A stretch of DNA of 64,000 nucleotides from Haplodiscus bocki. Lineage: Eukaryota. A model generated the notes under the pieces. That model saw nothing but the letters and a program-made list of their open reading frames with translations. It was not told the DNA's origin and ran no database searches. The translations under genes were made by a program, and so were the position numbers. The DNA lies in assembly GCA_965655095.1 (NCBI GenBank), contig OZ296649.1:105710001-105774000 (forward strand), read 5' to 3'. Positions 1-10,317 of the stretch are shown piece by piece; positions within the stretch are counted from its first letter, which is position 1, and every line of letters starts with the position of its first letter.

Positions 1-3000
1 TTCAGAATTTCGTGTGTAGTGGAACTTTTGGTACATTTTAGTCAGCAAAAAAAATTACCGCGGAATTTCTCGAATACCCTTCGTTTTTTTCACTTCAAAT
101 CAACTTTCAACTACTAATCTACTATGAATGAGTGCAGTTGGATAGATTTTGGGGACTTGAGATTTTATTGAAAACTTCTGTTCTTTGGTGCCTCAAAATC
201 AGTTGAGATTTGTCATTTTTGCGATTAATAGAGATGTTTTGCAATAATCAGATTTGTTGCTAGCATTTTTTTACCAATACGATATAATTTTTTTAAACCA
301 GTTTTCAAGTTGTGCCTTAGTATATCAAACATTAAGATTTTCGAGCGCTTTAAAGTTAATAAAAAATGAGGAGCTTTGCTTTTTTTCGGGAGGTTCTGGT
401 TTTTCTCCGAATCAGCTCCTATGCTACAACTTCATTCAAAAACAGTGGAATCATATGCTTCTACTTTTTTTAATCTTTGCTTTGGAAATGATTGATCTAT
501 TTTGATTGATTTTTATGCATGAAGAACTTTTCGGTTTCGATTTTGAGCCCCGCCTTTTGTGATTCCCCTCTCTATGGTGTACCAAAATTTTCGCGTCCGA
601 CAAATGATAAGTGCGATTTTTAACTGCTCAACTTGTTCAAATCATTTAGAATTTTGGTAAAGACCACAGCTTTCAGTGATATTAATAATTGACTGTTGTT
701 TCTCATACCGGAATGATTGATTTCGAACATCGAAGCCACAATATCAATTTTTATTTCACATTCTTACTGAAAGAAGTATGCGCATTGGAAACGGCTTATG
801 CCCGTTTGTTTACCTTTTCCAAAAATTTCGTTTTTTGCCGTCATCAGAGTAGTGACTTAGTGTACGCGATCAAAAACTACCTTTTTTGAGACATTAGGCC
901 GGTTGTCGTCTATTTTCGCTCTGTAAAAAATGAGTTTCTGAAATCAATAGCGTCTGCGAAGCTCATGTTTGTGATATTAAGATTTTGAATGAGATAGTGG
1001 GTTTTAGAGTTGTAAATTGTTCTCTTTCTGTGAAAATTAGGCTGTAAAATGACTTAACCTAAAAAGAGATCATTGAGAAATTTAATGTTTCCATAAGAGA
1101 CATCGTGACAACTTGTCTCACTTCGAGTTTCCGAACAAGTGCTTGATTGACAGCTAGTGCAGTTTTTTTGAATGTCAGTCTCGTCACATTTCATGGTTTC
1201 TAAGCGAGACCCCACAAGGGGTGGAAGCCCCACTTGCAAATTCAAACTGAAGTCGAAGGTGAGTAAAATTACAGGTTTAGTTTCTCAATCCAGAGGCGGA
1301 AGAACTGGAACGAATTTTGAATTTTACTATCGGGTACATAAGCTTCCGGACGTGATTTTAATTTGGCTGAACGTGCGATGGCATCGTTACCGTAATTCAG
1401 TTTTTTTTATGTGGAAACCGAAGGTATTTGATATTACAGGGATACCTCGTGACTTTTTTTCAGACGTTGTAGTTTGAAATGTTAACGCAGTAAAGTCAGG
1501 AACTGTGTCATAGCTTAAACTTAATATGTTACCGTATTGCTGCTACTGTAATGTCTAGTTGTATATTGCAGTTTGGATTTACCGCAACTCTCGATTATCA
1601 ATCGATTATCCGCTGTAAGCGTCAGATTTTCAGAATTGTTAAATTCTATACGTAACTGCAGTGGGGTAGAGGTATCCAACTTAAATTTAACGAGCCAGAC
1701 ATAAGCTGGGAAAGTGAAAGGGGGTATCGCGAACTTATCATCTTTTTAGGACATCGCAAATTTTTGATTCTACGAAGTACTTTCAGTCTTACTGGTTTTT
1801 CTCGCTTTTCCGCATGTTATTTTTTGACTTCGTCCGACATAAGGATCGTCGTGCGAAGCTTCGAAAATGATTTTTTTTTCTGAACGCAGCATGGTTCCGC
1901 TTTTTTTCGAAAACGTGTCGAGATATCTAATTTCTGTAGCCTGTGATCGCTCTGTGTATCTAGTAATTATGGATGAGCATATCTTTGTCTGTCAAAATTT
2001 CCTCCGATATTTCAACTGTAATGTGACAAGAAGTAAGGATAGATTGAATGAAAGTCTTCTTGAATTTTGTTCTTAGCAAGAGTCGAGGCAAACTCAAAAC
2101 TTCCATCCGAAAGTACTGCCATTGGACTTGGCCTTGTCAGACAGAGTCAAACCTGACGCTGACAGATTACTATGGATTGAAAATTGGCAATAAAACTGGA
2201 CAAAAAGTATCTTACCAATAATATCAGTTTCGAGCTTTATCAGTTTCCATTATCAGTTTCGAGACTTCTAAGAAATGATTTTGGTCTGAACGAACTCAAC
2301 TAAAAATGCTGGAAAGCAGAATAGCCTTTATGCAGGCAGGTACGGTAAATAGACACTCCATAACACTTCATTTTCCCCTGTAAAGGAATTTGAAGACAAA
2401 TTTTTACTGACGTATTGAATCAGGAAAACATTGATTGATGATTGATTTGATAGCTTTGATAGAATTGCAAAAACGATAGAACCATAATGGCACTAGTTTT
2501 CTTCTTGAAACAAAACTCAGCATTTCTCGACTCTTGTGGTAACTGAAGCGCTGATATTCTCTGAGTTTTTTTTACTTCGTAATCGTATGAAATATATACT
2601 TTTGCAACCATGACAATAAATGATCTCTCTCCCTGCGTGTGTGTGTGTGTGGCTGTACGGGAGGAACCATATGGACCATCGTAGTAGTGGTGAGAGCTGC
2701 CAAATGGAAAAATTGGATTTTTTGTTGTTCCTGAGTCATAATACTTCAAAAGTTTGAACCCCGGAATTTTTTGAATTCATTTTCCAATTTGCGGGAGGAA
2801 TAAGTATGTTTGAAAATGGTACCCTATGGTCATCCCAATTTTTACCAAAGTCCTATCCGGGTTGGGCGGCTATGTTTTTCCATACCAACTTTTAGATTTT
2901 TGTAGGAGTACCGTAAATGTCAGTAGGAGCTGAAGATTTTTGGCGTAAACAAAGCCGAACTTTTCTGTAATGCCCTGCTGTAGAAAATTTTGCGCACAGA

Positions 3001-3660
3001 AACTCGTCAGAAATTTCATTGTCTGTTTTTTGGAAAATTTTGGTTTATGCAAAGCCATGTGACGAATATTTTGTGTCTCTTAGGAACCGTGCTAATTAGA
3101 GGAGGCCGTCATGTATGCTTATGCGTCATACCTGAATTTCCATTAGCAAAGTCTGAAGAACTTCCTTGCGTACTTCTCTGGAGAATTTTTGTCCGATTGT
3201 GTCCATTTAGCAATACGTCGACGTCTCGCTGCGATGAGGTTCTGTGTAGTAGCAGTGAACAAATGTTGCACTTTCTCTGCGAATTGGTTGGACACGTATG
3301 GCCTGTTTCCTGCTTTTACCAATAGTTATCTTGATTTCTCGTGCGAAATTCATTTTTGTTATGTCGATTGTCTCCATGGCGATTAATGATTGTTTTCTGC
3401 GGAGTACTTAATGCTTGTGAAACAATTATAGACAATTCATTCCAAACAGCTGTATTTTCCATCACATGACAGTGAAAACAATACCCTCCGTGTTAAACTG
3501 CCAGCGGCAGCTTATTACCCTCTACGTTTTTCCCTGGCCATTTTCATCTCGCAGTAATTGAGTAATCACAGTTACAATGCGATTACAGTATAGTGTTGCT
3601 TCTCTCAGTACAGATCTGCACTGGGTCATTTTTTTGAAATCCTTTTTTTGCCGTTTTTTG

Positions 3661-4005
3661 TAATGTGGAAGGTGAGGTGAGGAAGACGGATTAATAAATG
3701 GGGCCGCTGAAGTGGATACTCAGTAAAATCTATCTTTTTCCGACGCGATTTTTTCATGAAGTGTTCATCAGACTGCATTGATCCACTTGCCGTTCGGCTT
3801 TTCGCAGGTCGGAGTATTTGCTGATAGCCAGATCCTAATGTGGAAGGTGAGGTGAGGAAGACGGATTAATAAATGGGGCCGCTGAAGTGGATACTCAGTA
3901 AAATCTATCTTTTTCCGACGCGATTTTTTCATCAAGTGTTCATCAGACTGCATTGATCCACTTGCCGTTCGGCTTTTCGCAGGTCGGAGTTTTTGCTGAT
4001 AGCCA
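3661..4005. repeat. Tandem duplication of a ~170-bp unit (period 175) immediately left of the Polinton
   Basis: 3661-3830 (taatgtggaaggtgagg...gctgatagcca) is repeated at 3836-4005 after a gatcc spacer, nearly identical. Confidence 0.95.
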
Positions 4006-4058
4006 AAAATCTCCATCTTCATACGTTTTACTAAAGAGGTCATTTTGCACTTGGAGGT
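3931..4058 (+). repeat. Left copy of the 128-bp direct duplication flanking the Polinton
   Basis: atcaagtgttcatcagac...cacttggaggt matches 19222-19349 with 4 mismatches. Confidence 0.95.
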
Positions 4059-4098
4059 AGAATATGGGGGGGGTTGCCGCACAACTTCATGGCTCCCT
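4056..4098 (+). repeat. Left terminal inverted repeat (short, imperfect)
   Basis: ggtagaatatg(g)n ttgccgcacaacttcatggctccct versus the reverse complement of the right end, agtagtatatgtt(g)n ttgctgcacaacttcatggctacct. Confidence 0.9.
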
Positions 4099-4270
4099 AA
4101 ACTTTATCAAATATTTATTCAATTTTCGAACCAGAAAGGTTATTAAAGATGCCCAGCACACCGATATGGTTATGCTACAGTCAGAACAATGTATACAATT
4201 GGACCTTACCAACATTGACTACTGACGTTTGGCAAATTTCTCGAAGAAAATCAGAACATCAAACAGGATA

Positions 4271-4364
4271 GGCAGTGTGGCACAAGTGCTTGAGCCTGCA
4301 GTTCTGACCTCAGAGTACCCCGATTCGAGGCCCGATCAAATCACTTGTATTACACTGCTATTTT
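4271..4364 (+). ncRNA. Putative Pol III small RNA (VA/vault-RNA-like architecture)
   Basis: A-box-like TGGCACAAGTG at +8 (4278), B-box-like GATTCGAGGCC (4322-4332, one mismatch), ~20-bp terminal stem pairing 4271-4293 with 4336-4359, then TTTT at 4361-4364. Confidence 0.55.
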
Positions 4365-4581
4365 GATGGAATTGTGTAACTAACCAATTTTTTGAGAGAA
4401 AGGAGTAAATTACGTTGGAGATGAAACATTGAAGATACTTTTGTTGCAGGTAATTGATACACAGACAGCCAACAGAATATGAATAGAAATGTCCGAATCT
4501 TTGCCATAAATCACACGAACATCGTCATACGTTTAAGAATTAAGACATCCTAAACAAGAAAGAACACATCCAATGAGAGGG

Positions 4582-4824
4582 CGTGGGAATTTTTTTTTAT
4601 CTCTAAAATAGGTTGGAGAGTTTGTGAAAAGCTCAGATAAACTACTCGATCAAATGTGGCAAAGTGACTGATTTATCACCATCCATTATCTAATAAGTCA
4701 TTTTCCCACCTGTTCTAACGTTATCAATGGCTCAGATTTAACTAAAGAAAGGTTATTATCTTTCAAAGTCCGCACAAGGTACTTTTTAAACGCAACTTGC
4801 CATTAGAGATCATTTTCAAAAATG
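4582..4824 (+). promoter_or_regulatory. Putative promoter/enhancer of the first Polinton ORF (GATA motif cluster plus two GTGGGAA sites)
   Basis: WGATAA motifs (either strand) at 4597, 4635, 4673, 4686, 4721, 4756; CGTGGGAA at 4582 and TTCCCAC at 4703; start context cattttcaaaaATG identical to 17560-17573. Confidence 0.35.
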
Positions 4825-5607
4825 TCATCAAGAAAAGATTGCTCCATTGAACGAATGCGCTACCTAATATACGAAACCAACGAGATACGAACACAAAAAA
4901 TGTGGCACTCAACAGATGAAGAAGTGCTAGAACCAGTGGCCAGAAAAGAATTCAATCCCTTGATGACAACACCCCACCTGGTCGAAAGTCTCAAAAAATT
5001 CCTCAAATGGGCAATCGATTTTTCAAACTTGGAGTTTTCAGTGGCTCTGCATTTGAGAAGTGAGCAAGACTGTGACCGTTCAGAAGAAGACATTTGTCAT
5101 GAATTCGGGTGAATGCACTATCACTTGATATTTTACAGCACTAAATTCCCGAAGACCATGGATAACATTGTAAAAAAACTTCAATTTGGCACTGAAAGAA
5201 ACAATGGGACCAGACAACAGATACAAAGTTGAAATGTTTTCCATGAGTAGTTTAGGATTCCGGAGGGAATTTTTGAGACGTTATTGACACATGGGACAAC
5301 AATACAGCCCTATTTGAGCGCAATTAACCAATCCAGCCTTAAGAGTAATATTGACTGCATTTGGGAAAAAAGTCAAACGGCAGCATCTACCTACAGCAGT
5401 ACATTCAAGGCAGGAGTGTTGGAACAACTCGAGCAGCTTGAAAAATCACCAAGTCAATTCAAGCACACGGTACCCGACTTAATCAACTTTTTGGCACAGA
5501 ACAACTACGGGACTTTCACGGCGACAGAACACAGTTCCATATTACGAGTTTCTATCGACGTGACGGATGCACAATGCAACTACGAGAATGCTTTCAAACA
5601 ATTGTAG
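4822..5607 (+). pseudogene. Polinton ORF of unknown function, disrupted
   Basis: Same-strand ORF fragments 4822-5112 and 5284-5607, good start context; no recognisable motif. Confidence 0.55.
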
Positions 5608-5715
5608 CAAAGAAACTTCACCACAAAACACCTTTAAATATATTGACGAAGACACCGTCCTTTATGAGCACTCGTTTAATGAAATTTTTGGATAGCAAAC
5701 AGTTGTGTTTTAATC

Positions 5716-6158
5716 ATGTATCTCGATTGTAATTTTATTGAGCAAGTAATTCAAAACTTTCTGCAAGCACAAACACTTTTCCCCAGCTATCCAACGAGCA
5801 AAAACGCTTTTATTTCGGTTTGTATTGTTATTGATCCCAATAAAGACTTGGAACTGATCAACTCTCAGTGTGAATACGGCGGATTGATAGGACCGGGAAT
5901 AGTGAACTAAATTCTCTTTTGAAAGGTTTCAAATTGTTTCGCCTTCACGCCGCATTCCATGATGCTTTTGGTTTCATGAAGCAGCAGTACAACTTAGGAC
6001 CAGGCTACGTCTACACTCTCGGAGAAAAGCCACTTTTTAAAAACAATTGCCTTCTCGGACACCTTACAGGACTGTCTTTTTGGATTCACTTCAAATATTG
6101 TAGGGCCAAAACTTATAGAAAGTTTGCACACTCAATACAATTTTCAGAACCAATATAA
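5716..6158 (+). pseudogene. Parvovirus-type phospholipase A2-like (PLA2X) protein, frameshifted
   Basis: YGGLIGPG Ca-loop-like motif followed, after a frameshift near 5910, by LHAAFHDAFG with the HD dyad; PLA2-like genes are known in adintoviruses. Confidence 0.6.
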
Positions 6159-6397
6159 ACTCTACCTCGAAATTGTCTACGAATCGTGTGCCTCCCAAAC
6201 AAACTATAGGGTAAGACATTTGACCCCACTCACATTGGACGAGCTTCTTCATTTGACAGAGGCATCAAAGATCATCTGTTCGACACTGCAGTACAATCAC
6301 CACTATCTTGCGCGATACAATTTTTCGAATGACCACCACCCATGAAAATGCAGTAAAAATGGAATAGATCAATCGGACAATGCCATCACTGTGACAC

Positions 6398-6640
6398 GTG
6401 GTAGCATTATTTTTGACAGCGCTGAAAACGAAAGACCTCCATGGCAAATCACATGCTGCTGCTTCGAGAGACAGTGAGAGATCACTTCTGGTATTGTTGC
6501 TACACTATGGAATAATACTGCTGGTTGTCTCTGCCAGCATTGTCTTTCTCTTCTTCAGCAACGAGAACAAAAGCAGCATAGCACTAGTTGCCATCATATC
6601 AGCGTGCTTTGGGTATATCATATTTTCGCCAAGGCAATGA
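6398..6640 (+). CDS. Small two-transmembrane protein
   Basis: Two hydrophobic stretches (LLVLLLHYGIILLVVSASIVFLFF; IALVAIISACFGYIIF); its stop overlaps the ATPase start (ATGA 6637-6640). True start uncertain. Confidence 0.6.
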   Translation: MVALFLTALKTKDLHGKSHAAASRDSERSLLVLLLHYGIILLVVSASIVFLFFSNENKSSIALVAIISACFGYIIFSPRQ

Positions 6641-7324
6641 ACAAAATCATTAGCACCGATCCCCATTGTTTTATGATGGTGGTGGGGCCCTCCGGCTCGG
6701 GCAAGACTCATCTGGTCTTGCAGTTATTGAAACAACATCGTGAAATTTTTAGACCAAATTTCGAACAATTTTTGTTTTTCTACAATCAATTTCAGCCAGT
6801 GTACCAAGACTTGCAAATTGCCTTAGGCGCTGAAGCGTTCCAGCTTTGTCAAGGAGTTGACTGGCTCATGCCAGACAAAGTCACGGCAACCTACAAAGAG
6901 ACTCTCTTGATATTCGACGACGTTTTTCAAGACGTTTGTGGATCGAAGGAATTTCTGATTCTAGCTATATCTGGACGTCATCAAAAACTACACATGTTAG
7001 TTCTTAAGCACAACTTGTATCAACAGTCACCCAACTCGAAAACGATAGACTTGAACGTATCAGAAATGCTACTACTCCGCAACCCAAGGGACACAAACCA
7101 AGTTGCGTTTGTCGCAACTGGGGTGTCGCGAATTATTGCTCAGTGCATATAAAAGAGCAACACAAGAGCAGTTTGGTTATTTGCTCATTGATCTAGATCC
7201 ACGTCTGAACGAGCACCTACGTCTATCTTCAAACATACTCTCCAAACCAGCCATCTTCTTTTGTAGCTCCAGCGATAAAGTGATACCTATAAATGATTCC
7301 TTCACAGCATTTAATTATAATTGA
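6637..7324 (+). pseudogene. A32/FtsK-like genome packaging ATPase, frameshift near 7105
   Basis: Walker A GPSGSGKT, Walker B LLIFDD, SGRH motif, RNPRD, C-terminal FGYLLIDL in the second frame. Confidence 0.93.
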
Positions 7325-7644
7325 AACAATTTCATCATTCAAACCTATCCTAAGGAAGCATTTTATTCTGCATTGCAGTTAAAATTTTCTGTAACTGCAT
7401 TTTCAACATTAAGGAAGGTCGAATCGAACTGAAAAACGTTAACTTAATGTCATTAAAGAAGAACAAACTTCTCATTGAGAAGCTCTGTTCGAACGGAATC
7501 AAGTTTTGTCCCAAAAGACAGTTACTCGTCTCAAAACAAGGAACCAGTCTGTTGCGTCTGCTGAATAGTTCAATCTTGCGATGCCTGAAGCTGCAATGCT
7601 ATGAGCAACAAAACAGCCAAGAGGTATGTACTTGTTCCCGCTGA
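7293..7644 (+). pseudogene. Conserved small basic Polinton protein following the ATPase ('GasderminX'-type), 5' part frameshifted
   Basis: Frame from 7381 reads KIFCNCIFNIKEGRIELKN...KKNKLLIEKLC...KRQLLVSKQG, matching the CEC..N...G.I.L...K.K..L..L...K..LL.Q.G pattern and the usual gene position. Confidence 0.65.
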
Positions 7645-8197
7645 CCTATATTACGCCCAAGAGCAACGGTTCACATTCGACAAACCTCCGGAAGAGAAAA
7701 GGATTAGACTTTCTGAACAGCAGCTGGAGCAAGAAATAGTCGAAGCAGACGAAACTGTTCAAGAGAAAACATTGGACGCAACAAATAAAACAACCCTACT
7801 CAATGTCCTCGATCGCCTGAAGCCGACAACTGAAACGCAACACACAAGTTCAGGATCAATTAGCATAAACACAAAAATACAATCGGTCATCACCAAACTG
7901 ATTGAGTTGGGTCTCAGCAGCAGCAAGTTGGAGCGATCGCGAATCATACTCCAAGCATTTTTCAAAAATTCAAAATTCTCATTCAATGAGCAGCTGGATA
8001 TACTGTTGGAGGGCAGTGCAACTCAAGAGAATCTCCTAACCTTTCTAAGTAACCTACAAGTACCAAACAAGAAACTGAGCGAAACTGCCTTGAATATTTT
8101 GTCATCATTGCAAGTTAGCAAGCATATAATAGCAAACGTCAGAGGAAAAGATGTCGCTCAGCAGTTCTCAACAGTCACATGGATTGATCGTTTCTGA
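7601..8197 (+). CDS. Conserved Polinton hypothetical protein (KRYVLVP N-terminus), 198 aa
   Basis: Intact ORF; N-terminal K.(M/Y)VLVP motif typical of the gene lying before the integrase. Confidence 0.7.
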   Translation: MSNKTAKRYVLVPADLYYAQEQRFTFDKPPEEKRIRLSEQQLEQEIVEADETVQEKTLDATNKTTLLNVLDRLKPTTETQHTSSGSISINTKIQSVITKLIELGLSSSKLERSRIILQAFFKNSKFSFNEQLDILLEGSATQENLLTFLSNLQVPNKKLSETALNILSSLQVSKHIIANVRGKDVAQQFSTVTWIDRF

Positions 8198-9375
8198 ACG
8201 TTGCTTACGCTGGCTGGCAGAATGTGTTAGAACACTGATGGTTCGCGCATGAGTCGAGACAAATCCGGGGCCTGCTCTGAAATGTCACTGTTGCTCGAAG
8301 CGTTTGGGAAAAAGTACCAAGAAAAACCCTACAGTATGGTGTCATGTGTGCGGCTGGGTGCATTTCAAATGCGGTGGCTTGAGCAGCCCAAATGATTATG
8401 AAAAATCACACAACTTTCGATGCACTTGGTGCGCAAAAAACACAACTTGTCGCAAACGCCGACCCTTCTTATTTGCGTTTAAAAAAAATCTATACCACAC
8501 CCAACAATAAAGCAGCTTTCGGCTCGCGACAAGCATTGATCAAGGCAGCACCAAAAGGAACAACGTGCAAACAAGTAGACAAATTTTTTAACAAAGCGAA
8601 ACCTACACAAAGTTTCGAGCTAGTCGAAACAATTTTTCGCGTTTAAAAATTCAGTCCTACCGTATCAATGAAATTTGGTCGGGTGATTTGGCGGACATGC
8701 ATCAGTTGGCGCGACAAAATGACGGAACAAAATTTCTGCTGGTTTTTGTCGACTGTCTCAGCCGTTTTCTGCGGGTAGAACCGATAGAAGGCAAGTCCTC
8801 TAGCCACACAAGAAGCGCTCTACAAAAGATGTTGAAAAACCGCCAGAAAAAAAATGGGTGGACAAGGGCAAAGAATTCAAAGGTGACTTCGCTCGGTTCT
8901 GCGCGGAAAAGGACATTGTCGTTTATAGCACACACAGTGAAATGAAGTCTTGTTTCGCCGAACGCTACATTAGGACATTGAAATCAATTTTGTTTAAATT
9001 CCTACACGAAAACGACACAAGTCGGTACATTGATCATCTCCAAAGCTTTGTCAGTCTCCTCAACTCCCGTCCCAACAGAACAACGAAGATCGCCCCAAAA
9101 AGTGTTACCATCCACGACGTTCCATACTTGGTGTCTCTGTCAACAATTGCAAACTCTGTTCGCAAAGCCCGATACAAAATTGGTGACACTGTTCGAATAC
9201 GGTTACGCGTCCCAACGTTCCACAAAGGCTACAAAATCCAATACACCGAAGAAGTTTTTGAAATTGTAGCAAATCCAACACTGAACCCACCGTCCTACAA
9301 CATCAAAGACAAAAGTGGTCAGATATTGAGGGCAATTTTTATGAGCCAGAATTAGTTTTGTTCCGCTGCAGTTAG
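8151..9375 (+). pseudogene. rve (DDE) integrase with N-terminal 2A-like leader and PHD finger; several frameshifts
   Basis: MSLSS...LMVRA*VETNPGP-ALKCHCC...WCHVCGWVHFKC...CTWC, then YTTPNNKAAFGS, WSGDLADM (D), VDKGKEF (D), FAERYIRTLK (E), YKIGDTVRI, FHKGY, FYEPEL; stop at 9373-9375. Confidence 0.92.
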
Positions 9376-9391
9376 GCAGCAGGCTCCTTCG

Positions 9392-10315
9392 ATGATGTCG
9401 GATACAACCACTTTTACAATCAACATAGTTTCCAATGGTTCCATGGGATTGTTTCCAACAAACACTATGGCTCAGTTCACTACCCTATTGCCGCAAAAGA
9501 TTAAACTATACGGAGGAGAGTGGGAGGTTGCATTGCTGGAAGCATCATGGCCAGCCAAAGTCAAAAACATTACAAACGCAGCCTTTACAGTCTGTCGATT
9601 TGATGCTGTCGCAAACAGAATAACTAGGCCGCAGCACAATCAATCAATACCAGACGGTTTTTATCCCACGACTGACAGTATCATGAGAAAATTATTGGAC
9701 GAAATATACGTCAATCGGCGTGATCACGACATCAGCATTGATCCGCCGCCGCCGCAGTCCGTATCGTGGCAAGTTGACCCGGTGACAGAGAAGCTACAGA
9801 TTCGTTTCAGCTGCCAGACACTTAAAGATCAATTTTTGCTCTTTTTCAAATCTGATGACCTCAGCAGTACATTGGGCATAACCGAAGTCATTCGCTGCAC
9901 GCTGAATGGCAGTGACGGAAACAAACAAGCGTCGACTCGCATAGCAGCGCAAGGTACCTACCCAGTAGATTTACAAGGCGGCCGCCACACAATGTTTTTG
10001 TACTGTGACTTGATTCAAAATGGAATTTTGGGAGACGCCCAAACGTCACTCCTGAGAGCCATCCCACTGGATACATCAACACGATCTGCCATTTGTTCGA
10101 AAACGTTCTATAAATTGCAATGGAAACCAATAAACAAGAAAAATTTTGAATCGATAACCATTACTCTGTGCGACGAGAGTGGACAGTTGATGCCTTTTGT
10201 AAGCGTAGGCCGAACTAACCTTACCCTAGCATTTCGACGCCGCAAATCATTCGCTCAACATTCAGGTTTCTGCGCAGTTGTTGCGAGCTTGTTTTGCTGC
10301 TCCGCCAACCGATAA
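9392..10315 (+). CDS. Minor capsid protein (penton-like single jelly roll)
   Basis: SNGSMGLFPTNT.AQFTTLLP..I.L.GGEWEVAL N-terminus and LYCDLI...GD...LLR.IP...I.I.L.DE.G C-terminus typical of Polinton minor capsid proteins; 3' end may be a read-through extension. Confidence 0.88.
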   Translation: MMSDTTTFTINIVSNGSMGLFPTNTMAQFTTLLPQKIKLYGGEWEVALLEASWPAKVKNITNAAFTVCRFDAVANRITRPQHNQSIPDGFYPTTDSIMRKLLDEIYVNRRDHDISIDPPPPQSVSWQVDPVTEKLQIRFSCQTLKDQFLLFFKSDDLSSTLGITEVIRCTLNGSDGNKQASTRIAAQGTYPVDLQGGRHTMFLYCDLIQNGILGDAQTSLLRAIPLDTSTRSAICSKTFYKLQWKPINKKNFESITITLCDESGQLMPFVSVGRTNLTLAFRRRKSFAQHSGFCAVVASLFCCSANR

Positions 10316-10317
10316 AA

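Noticed and set aside
1-3660. Short ORFs and possible upstream PLC exons
   Set aside because: No recognisable domain motifs; probably decayed repeats that I could not classify.
4180-4230. Second hairpin (gtcag/ctgac, caatg/cattg, ttgg/ccaa) upstream of the Pol III-like unit
   Set aside because: Short interrupted stems with no A/B boxes; could arise by chance.
4273-4357. hAT-type MITE (CAGTG...CACTG) as the explanation of the hairpin
   Set aside because: No 8-bp TSD, and the A/B boxes and T-run fit a Pol III gene better; not fully excluded.
8250-8252. Programmed read-through or selenocysteine at the TGA before VETNPGP
   Set aside because: The element is full of random lesions; a point mutation is the simpler explanation.
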